A stretch of DNA of 24,000 nucleotides from Balneola sp. Its GTDB lineage: Bacteria > Bacteroidota > Rhodothermia > Balneolales > Balneolaceae. The position numbers and the translations under genes are program-made. Of the stretch, positions 17,452 through 23,762 are shown in pieces. How positions within the stretch are numbered: the first letter of the stretch is position 1; the number at the start of each line of letters is the position of its first letter. Below the pieces are notes generated by a model. The model made no database searches. It was given only the letters and a program-made list of their open reading frames with translations, and had not been told where the DNA came from. The stretch spans positions 132,263 to 156,262 of the forward strand of contig JBDVIC010000002.1 in assembly GCA_039962805.1 (NCBI GenBank), read 5' to 3'.

Positions 17452-20445
17452 TTAATCCTCTGGTTGAGTTTTAATTATTTGATCCAATACTTCTATCTCA
17501 GGAATAACGATTTCAGGATTAAATTCGGCAGCCAAATCCCAATTCTTTTGTGCTTCAGCTTTATTACCATTTAAATAATTCAGACTTCCTTTTAAGGCAT
17601 ACCCTTGAGCGGTTTCAAACAACGCCAACGATTCGTTAACAAAAGTTAAAGCTCTATCAATATTTCTATTGTAAAAAGCCGTTTGTGCTTGAATAATTAA
17701 ACGTAGGGCATTATCTACATCCTTATCTAGCTTTTCTTCAAGTTCAATTATTTCTGCACTTTCTTTTACGCTAGCTATTATAGATTCAGTTGAAATAGTA
17801 TTTACTTGTTCTGGTTCAAAATCTTCTGGTACGATCATGAATTCTAAGCCTTCAACAAAATCACCATCCGCTAAAGCTTTGATATCAAAACTAACTTTAC
17901 TCGGTAAAGATTTTGAGTTTAATATGTTCAGTTGGGAAGGGTCAATGGATAGTTCATAATTTCCGGGGGGAATTTCATAAGCATAAAAGCTACCGTCTGA
18001 GAAGGTCCGTAATTCCTGAACAGTATTTTGATCTATATTATTTAGAAATAATCTGATCCCTCCAATACCATCTTCTGTTTCTGCGTCAAAACGACGATTT
18101 ACAACACCTTCAATTATACCAGTGGAATAAAACGGTACATCAATTGGTTTAAAATAATTTGGATCAGAGATCACCCCAAATTTTTCTTGTTTAGGTACAA
18201 GCAGGGGATTCTGAATGGCACCTTTATTGATCTCCATATTATATTTGAAATAAGGCTGCATTTGCGTGATATAGGTAATGCCATTTTTCGAGGTTGTAGA
18301 CCCCGTTCTATCTAAACGTATAGCATTATTTTTGATCAATTCGTCGCCCTCTGAGAATTTCTCATCTCCATCATAATCCACGAATAATCTAACAGCCGCT
18401 GCAGAACGACCAACTTGATTCCGGCTAGTTAGGAAAAGATTATTGTTATTGGCATCGTAACCTATAGATCCACGAACGGTATTTGTAACTGAACTAGAGC
18501 TTCTGATATTTCTATAACGAGAATTGACTCTGGTTTTATTAAAGTCGATTACAATGCTGGCTGAAATGGAGTTATAATTAAATCTAAAATTTCTTGCTAC
18601 GTTAAGTTGAATATTTCCCTTTTTGAAGACTTTTCGAGAAAGAAAAAACTGAATGTCATCCAGCTCACTAGAAGTTGGTAGAAAAGAGATCTCTCCACGT
18701 GCAAACATTCCATGAAAGACCTTAGGAGTGGTATTGGTTCTTGGGAAATTGTATGTAAGTGAAAAATTAGCGGAAGCATTTTCACTCAGCTCAAAAAAAT
18801 CATTTGTCGTATTCGAGTTGCTAAAGCCAGTTCTAACATTAAATCGCCCTAGCCTGGTACTTAGATCTACTCTATATCTTGAAATAGGACGAGGTTCACG
18901 TTCAATTCGAGAACCAAATAACCGAATGTTTAGAGGGATATTACCAATCAAAAAAGGATAGAATACACTTCCCTGTAATTCTTGATCATAATTTCCTGAG
19001 TTATAAATTCTATTTTGTGCAAAGTAATTAGTATACGCTAAACTAATACTGGCAGCATTTGCTAAGATTGTACTACCACGAGTTCGAACAAAAGCATCAT
19101 TAGCAATTTCTGTACTAAATAAATACCTATTAAATAAACGAGCTGAAAGACCGCCTGTAAAAGTAGGTAAGGAGGTATTTAAAGACTCAAAATATTCAGC
19201 TCCGGCCCTTGCAGTGAGCCAATTTGATATACCAATTACAGTATTGGCCTGGGCTGTTAATCCACGCTCCTGAGTGCCTATAAGTGGGTTTTCGAGTTCG
19301 CCAAGATCTATATTGTAGTTGATTTCACCTGGAGGAAGAAAAGAAAAAGGAACCTGTATTCTCTTGGAACGTTCTACAACTTGACCTGTAGGACCAAATA
19401 TTTTTATATCGTATGCTGAAGTACCGTAAGTAAGGGGGGTGATAAAACGGTAATTGCCTGTTTCATCAGTTTCTTGAAAATCAGCTAGCGTATTATTGAT
19501 GTAAAGCTCAACTTCTGAGCGAGAAAATGTATTTCCTTGGATCACAAATTCATCGTATAGTCTTCTTGGCTCAAGAGGCTGGTTGGTAATTTTTATACCT
19601 CGATAAGGATTGTTTAATATACCGGATGAGCTTGTTTGTCCTGCGGTAACACTACTAATAACAGGACTATCTGTAATTGCATACCTCCAACGTAAATTAC
19701 TTGTAGTAACGTTCGAAGCATCAGCTGAATATGCGCCATTTATAGCTCCCTGAACATCTCCACCGAGAGCTTCTGCTCCAATAGCTGTATTAAATAGAAA
19801 GATACTAGATTCATCACTGGTGATAGCAGATAAGTTATAATCTAAAAATCCTAAACCAAGAATTTTGCGATCTCTACCGTACTCGACCGGGTAATTTAAA
19901 TTAAGCGTTCGGTCATTGCGTTGGATTTGCTGGCGTCTATTTTGACGAATAAGCTTTTGAACTACCGGGATGTTTTTATCAGTTTCAAGAAGAAGTGCTA
20001 GATTGTTGAAATCGACATCAAAATCTAAACCAAATAACTCATTAAAAATGGAAATTTCTAGGTAATAGTCTAAATCTTTGATCAGAAAATCATCGCTGGT
20101 TAACGAGAGGTTTTTGTTACCGGATGAAGCTTGAAAAGTACTTAAATTTATTTGATAAGGTGTTTCCTCTTCTAAGAAATTACCATATAGAACCACACCT
20201 GCATTAAGCCTTGTGTTATGATCTATTTCAAGCAGTTGAAATACTTCTTTGTAAGGAATGTAGAATGTATCATTTTTATAATATGCTATTACCACAGAAT
20301 TAATGGCACTTCTATATGAAAATGAAAGATACACTTCTATTTCATCGTCGCTTGTAGATTGAGCCTTTAGAGAACTAAAAGCCCCATAACACACAAGCAA
20401 ACAAAGAAAGTTGATAGAAATATATTTCCATTTTCTTGAGGTCAC
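17452..20445 (-). CDS. large outer-membrane beta-barrel protein in the usher position (usher-like assembly pore candidate) with CarboxypepD_reg-like domains and a C-terminal TPR-like module
   Basis: 997 aa. GTG start overlaps the upstream stop (GTGA at 20442-20445). Signal peptide ...SSLKA|Q. The long central region has alternating beta-strand patterns rich in Y/F/N/R/G. There are two carboxypeptidase-regulatory-like beta-sandwich signatures (TDETGNYRFITPLTYGTSAYDIKIF; RTFSDGSFYAYEIPPGNYELSI). A TPR-like tail occupies aa ~914-985. Homology to PapC/FimD ushers is NOT established by eye. Confidence 0.5.
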   Translation of the reverse strand: MTSRKWKYISINFLCLLVCYGAFSSLKAQSTSDDEIEVYLSFSYRSAINSVVIAYYKNDTFYIPYKEVFQLLEIDHNTRLNAGVVLYGNFLEEETPYQINLSTFQASSGNKNLSLTSDDFLIKDLDYYLEISIFNELFGLDFDVDFNNLALLLETDKNIPVVQKLIRQNRRQQIQRNDRTLNLNYPVEYGRDRKILGLGFLDYNLSAITSDESSIFLFNTAIGAEALGGDVQGAINGAYSADASNVTTSNLRWRYAITDSPVISSVTAGQTSSSGILNNPYRGIKITNQPLEPRRLYDEFVIQGNTFSRSEVELYINNTLADFQETDETGNYRFITPLTYGTSAYDIKIFGPTGQVVERSKRIQVPFSFLPPGEINYNIDLGELENPLIGTQERGLTAQANTVIGISNWLTARAGAEYFESLNTSLPTFTGGLSARLFNRYLFSTEIANDAFVRTRGSTILANAASISLAYTNYFAQNRIYNSGNYDQELQGSVFYPFLIGNIPLNIRLFGSRIEREPRPISRYRVDLSTRLGRFNVRTGFSNSNTTNDFFELSENASANFSLTYNFPRTNTTPKVFHGMFARGEISFLPTSSELDDIQFFLSRKVFKKGNIQLNVARNFRFNYNSISASIVIDFNKTRVNSRYRNIRSSSSVTNTVRGSIGYDANNNNLFLTSRNQVGRSAAAVRLFVDYDGDEKFSEGDELIKNNAIRLDRTGSTTSKNGITYITQMQPYFKYNMEINKGAIQNPLLVPKQEKFGVISDPNYFKPIDVPFYSTGIIEGVVNRRFDAETEDGIGGIRLFLNNIDQNTVQELRTFSDGSFYAYEIPPGNYELSIDPSQLNILNSKSLPSKVSFDIKALADGDFVEGLEFMIVPEDFEPEQVNTISTESIIASVKESAEIIELEEKLDKDVDNALRLIIQAQTAFYNRNIDRALTFVNESLALFETAQGYALKGSLNYLNGNKAEAQKNWDLAAEFNPEIVIPEIEVLDQIIKTQPED

Positions 20446-21272
20446 CGTATAGTGAATTGGGTTGAGGTTGATACGGGCTCCATTTTAACAATATTTTCGC
20501 TAGAAACGTCGCTACGTTGTGTTTCAAAAATAACTTCAGCAGTATAAGTGCCTGCCGATAATCCTTGAATATCGACTTCTTGACTATGTGTACCATCAAA
20601 ATATATGGTAGTAGAACGGAAAGAGGATTTAACTACATTATTGTTAGCATCTTTCACATTAACAGTAATAGATCCAAGAAAAGGGGAGTTACCGCCTCGT
20701 TCTAGTTTGGTTCTTACTTCTACAAAACCATCATCAGTAAGCAGAGCCTCTGTTCCGAGTACATTAATATCAGTGGTTACAGTACCTTTTTTATAGTAAA
20801 GTCCAGTTATTTGCTCAATGGTTATGCCCACTCTTGCAGATACAGAATTGTCATTCTGTAATTCTACCGGCGGAGTTTGAGCAGTAGATCTGGTTTTAAT
20901 TCTTGCCCAGTAGGTACCATCATTTAGATTATTGGGAGGAGCAACGCGCAAACGTACTACTTGTCGTTGACCGGGAGTGAGAGTAAAGTTCCTTGGAAAA
21001 GACTGGACCCAAGTATGAGCAGAATGTTCCTCTTGTTGTTCCATGTCGTCATACACAATACTCCTACTTCCTTCCTCATCAGTTGCTGTGTATGCAAATA
21101 TAAACTCGATAGACACTTCCTGTGGTTCGTTTGACCCATTTAAAACCAAGTAGGTTCCAAAGCGAGTATTTTCTTCTATAAAGATGTTTGTTGGAGAGAT
21201 GGTGATTTGCCCTAATATGTTGGTAGAGCATAACATAAACACCCAAATGACAAGCGATAATGATTTTTTCAT
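20442..21272 (-). CDS. periplasmic PapD-like fimbrial chaperone candidate
   Basis: 276 aa, signal peptide ...NILG|Q. Beta-rich, two-domain size. ITISPTNIFIEENTRFGTYLVLNGSNEPQEV and SFPRNFTLTPGQRQVVRLRV resemble the PapD_N patterns (-P--f-l-pg--q-vRl-). It sits between the subunit genes and the usher-position gene. Confidence 0.6.
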   Translation of the reverse strand: MKKSLSLVIWVFMLCSTNILGQITISPTNIFIEENTRFGTYLVLNGSNEPQEVSIEFIFAYTATDEEGSRSIVYDDMEQQEEHSAHTWVQSFPRNFTLTPGQRQVVRLRVAPPNNLNDGTYWARIKTRSTAQTPPVELQNDNSVSARVGITIEQITGLYYKKGTVTTDINVLGTEALLTDDGFVEVRTKLERGGNSPFLGSITVNVKDANNNVVKSSFRSTTIYFDGTHSQEVDIQGLSAGTYTAEVIFETQRSDVSSENIVKMEPVSTSTQFTIR

Positions 21273-21357
21273 TTTCTGTAGATTAATTATATGAACGCTT
21301 TAAATTAACAAATTCGGGTGCAAATTATAATTGAATTAATGAGGGTACTTTTTACAT

Positions 21358-21390
21358 AAAAAAAAAGTCTCATTATTGAATAATGAGACT
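21358..21390 (-). terminator. rho-independent terminator/attenuator immediately after the 4th (putative major) subunit gene
   Basis: On the minus strand, stem agtctcatta / taatgagact (21366-21375 and 21381-21390), 5-nt loop, followed by 8 U (A-run at 21358-21365 on the + strand). It lies 19 nt after the stop at 21409. Confidence 0.6.
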
Positions 21391-21408
21391 TTTGTAAGAA
21401 ACTTAATC

Positions 21409-21921
21409 CTAGTCGTAAGTGATAGTAAAAGTCATTACGTTAGATGTTCCAAGAGAAGTACTGTACGCACCAGTTTGTGAAGGAGCAGCTAATTCACCTC
21501 CAACATCCAAAGTAATATCACCACCAGTAAGAGTTACAGTACCACCATCAGTTACTTCTGAGCCACCTAACCAAACAGAAGGAGTAAAAACGATAGGATC
21601 ATCATCTTCAGTTCTATTAAGAGTAGCGGTAGTCCAGTCAACAACAACGTCAACACCAGAAGTACCAACGATCTGTAAAGCACCAGCAGTTGCTCCATCA
21701 CCTAAGTTTGCTTCTGTCGCATCATCATTAGAATTAGCATCAATAATTGAGTTAGCGCCAGTTTGGATAGTTCCTAGAGCAACATCAGTAGGTGTTAATA
21801 CAAGTGCGGCTTCAACCTGAGCTGTTACAGCAACGTTAGCTGTTTCCTGAGCAAGAATGTTAGCAGAACCAACAAGGATCATCAAAGCGAAAGCAGTAAA
21901 TAATTTGTTTAAATTTTTCAT
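21409..21921 (-). CDS. secreted DUF4402/spore-coat-U-like fibre subunit, putative major subunit
   Basis: The ORF track starts at TTG 21960. ATG 21921 gives a canonical signal peptide, MKNLNKLFTAFALMILVGSANILA|Q. The mature protein is rich in T/G/A/V/D. It ends ...GGELAAPSQTGAYSTSLGTSNVMTFTITYD, matching the family C-terminal pattern G-x-Y...h-x-h-x-h-x-Y-[DE] at the very C-terminus. It has its own upstream intergenic gap and a downstream terminator. Confidence 0.65.
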   Translation of the reverse strand: MKNLNKLFTAFALMILVGSANILAQETANVAVTAQVEAALVLTPTDVALGTIQTGANSIIDANSNDDATEANLGDGATAGALQIVGTSGVDVVVDWTTATLNRTEDDDPIVFTPSVWLGGSEVTDGGTVTLTGGDITLDVGGELAAPSQTGAYSTSLGTSNVMTFTITYD

Positions 21922-22010
21922 GAGAGTAAATTTTGTTTTTTTGAGTTGTACAAATTTCAAACTTTCTCTGAGATATCACAAGTTAGAGTTTATTAATGAA
22001 GCGGAGTAGC

Positions 22011-22544
22011 TCACTCATAGTCAATAACAAGGCTTAGTTCTCCTTCATAAATACCGTTCGGTACATTCCCTACATCAATGAATCCATATATATAAATAAA
22101 CACCGTTTGCCACTCAAAACGGTCTTTTTGGGCGTTTTCGTTTACTTGGAGGTACATGTTATCACCACCAAAAGGGGTGGCTACATCAGGATTATTAGTG
22201 CCGGAATTGTTGTAAGCGGCCTGAAGATCTATGGGGATAGTTGCTTTTACTGCAGGATTAAGATGTTTTAATATATTTGTTGATTGCAATTCCATGCGAA
22301 GAATCTGGGAATTGATGGCAGTAACCGAAAATATACCCATACTAGGATCACCTAGATTGATATTTTTTGTACCTGAGTTTACAATGATATCACCGAAATT
22401 CAACTCAGATAGCACAGTGGCCTCGAGTTCAGGTTCTAACTCTATTTGTATGTTTATATACTGAGCAGTAGATGAAGTGCATAATAATAGGGAGAAGCAA
22501 AAAGCATAGAGGTAAAAGAGATATGAACAATGCTTCTTAATCAT
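22011..22544 (-). CDS. secreted DUF4402/spore-coat-U-like fibre subunit paralog
   Basis: 177 aa. ATG start overlaps the upstream gene by 8 nt. Signal peptide ...SSTA|Q. LNFGDIIVNSGTKNINL motif. C-terminus YIYGFIDVGNVPNGIYEGELSLVIDYE. Confidence 0.6.
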   Translation of the reverse strand: MIKKHCSYLFYLYAFCFSLLLCTSSTAQYINIQIELEPELEATVLSELNFGDIIVNSGTKNINLGDPSMGIFSVTAINSQILRMELQSTNILKHLNPAVKATIPIDLQAAYNNSGTNNPDVATPFGGDNMYLQVNENAQKDRFEWQTVFIYIYGFIDVGNVPNGIYEGELSLVIDYE

Positions 22545-23133
22545 AAATAATAGTAATGTCTATTTCAGCAGAGTAACTACCAGCATCAACGGTTCCAACA
22601 TTTAAAGATCCATACAAGTATAAGTAAGCAGTCTCATTATAAATTGAGGGATCATATCCATCATAAACCGGGGTAGGAGGTGGAGCGGGCGGCTCACTTG
22701 TTCTATAACGTATAGGGAATTGAGCAGTACCTGAATTAGCTACAACATTGACGATACGTGCTTGAGCTATATTATCACTCCCTCTATTAGCGTAAGCAGC
22801 TTCCAGAGTATAAGGGATACTGCAACTGGGGTCGCTGGTACAAGCAGGGTTTCCATTGAGCAAAAGTTTGCTATCCGCAGTGATAGTTAAAAAAACGTCT
22901 AAATATTTTACCCCGGTAATAGTGATCACTTTTGAGTTTGAGATACCAATATTGTTAGTACCACTACCGGAGATGATGGCGCCAAATTCAAAATCCGCTC
23001 CGGGATTTTGTTCAGCAACAGAAAGCGAATAGTTATAATAATCGCCAAAATCTATTTCTTGGCTGTGTACCGGTCTAATGCTTAATAAAAAGAGAAGGAT
23101 AAAGAGGGAATATGTTAAAGCTGATTTTATCAC
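22537..23133 (-). CDS. secreted DUF4402/spore-coat-U-like fibre subunit paralog with Cys pair and Pro-rich insert
   Basis: 198 aa. GTG start after a 3-nt gap (23134-23136) following the upstream stop. Signal peptide ...PVHS|Q. FEFGAIISGSGTNNIGI motif, CTSDPSC Cys pair, EPPAPPPTPVYDGYDP insert. C-terminus LYLYGSLNVGTVDAGSYSAEIDITIIYD. Confidence 0.6.
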   Translation of the reverse strand: MIKSALTYSLFILLFLLSIRPVHSQEIDFGDYYNYSLSVAEQNPGADFEFGAIISGSGTNNIGISNSKVITITGVKYLDVFLTITADSKLLLNGNPACTSDPSCSIPYTLEAAYANRGSDNIAQARIVNVVANSGTAQFPIRYRTSEPPAPPPTPVYDGYDPSIYNETAYLYLYGSLNVGTVDAGSYSAEIDITIIYD

Positions 23134-23136
23134 TAG

Positions 23137-23640
23137 TTAGATATAATCTATTTCGATTGTAAATTCACCTTCGTAGCTACCAGGCTTAGCTTGTTCCACA
23201 AAAACACGACCACCAACCCATATATAAAAATCTCCATCTGCATTAAAACTGAAACTCCTATTCTCAGCTCCAAGAACCTCAGAAGTCAACTGTTCGTCAA
23301 TATCATTTCCGGTTAGCTGATAAATAACACGAATTAAACCATCACCATTTATTTGGTTTAAGATCTGGTTAGGTTGAAAAGTGATACGAATCTCAGCATT
23401 TGGATTACCTGATGCGATCATATGTCCTGCGTTACCACTAGTAGCAGGAGGGATGAAAATTTCGTTATTAACAGGTTCTAAATTTGCTAACTGAATATTT
23501 TGCACAGTAACCATCTCAATAGCCTGTATAACTGTTGCTTCAATATTGATTTCAGCATTTACAGACCTTGAATTTGTTTGGGCTGTACTATTGATTGAAA
23601 ACACTAAAAATAATGCTGTAAACGAGATTAAGTATTTCAT
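23137..23640 (-). CDS. secreted DUF4402/spore-coat-U-like fibre subunit paralog (first gene of cluster)
   Basis: The ORF track starts at TTG 23673. ATG 23640 gives the signal peptide MKYLISFTALFLVFSINSTA|Q. C-terminus FYIWVGGRVFVEQAKPGSYEGEFTIEIDYI. Confidence 0.6.
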   Translation of the reverse strand: MKYLISFTALFLVFSINSTAQTNSRSVNAEINIEATVIQAIEMVTVQNIQLANLEPVNNEIFIPPATSGNAGHMIASGNPNAEIRITFQPNQILNQINGDGLIRVIYQLTGNDIDEQLTSEVLGAENRSFSFNADGDFYIWVGGRVFVEQAKPGSYEGEFTIEIDYI

Positions 23641-23762
23641 TCGTTGAGCTAATTTTTTCTTTAAATATTGCAATCTAATTGCTTATTAGCCAGTTAGTAT
23701 TTTTTAATAACAACGGATTAGAGCAAGAGTAAATTTCAAATAATAGTTTTAAACTACACTAC

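Noticed and set aside
21419-21820. 133-aa plus-strand ORF inside the 4th subunit gene
   Set aside because: It is antisense to a gene with a signal peptide, family C-terminal signature and terminator. Its Pro/Ser/Val-rich translation is a by-product of the T/G/A/V-rich sense frame.
1577-22464. The remaining short ORFs in the track: 1577-1786, 4053-4238, 7550-7804, 7844-8107, 9688-9930, 10037-10312, 11435-11635, 12126-12368, 14679-14870, 15684-16004, 18597-18785, 18728-18961, 20375-20599, 20605-20796, 20957-21139 and 22231-22464
   Set aside because: Each is 60-106 aa and nested in or overlapping a much longer ORF with recognisable motifs. Their translations are low-complexity or Cys/Leu/Ser-rich nonsense.
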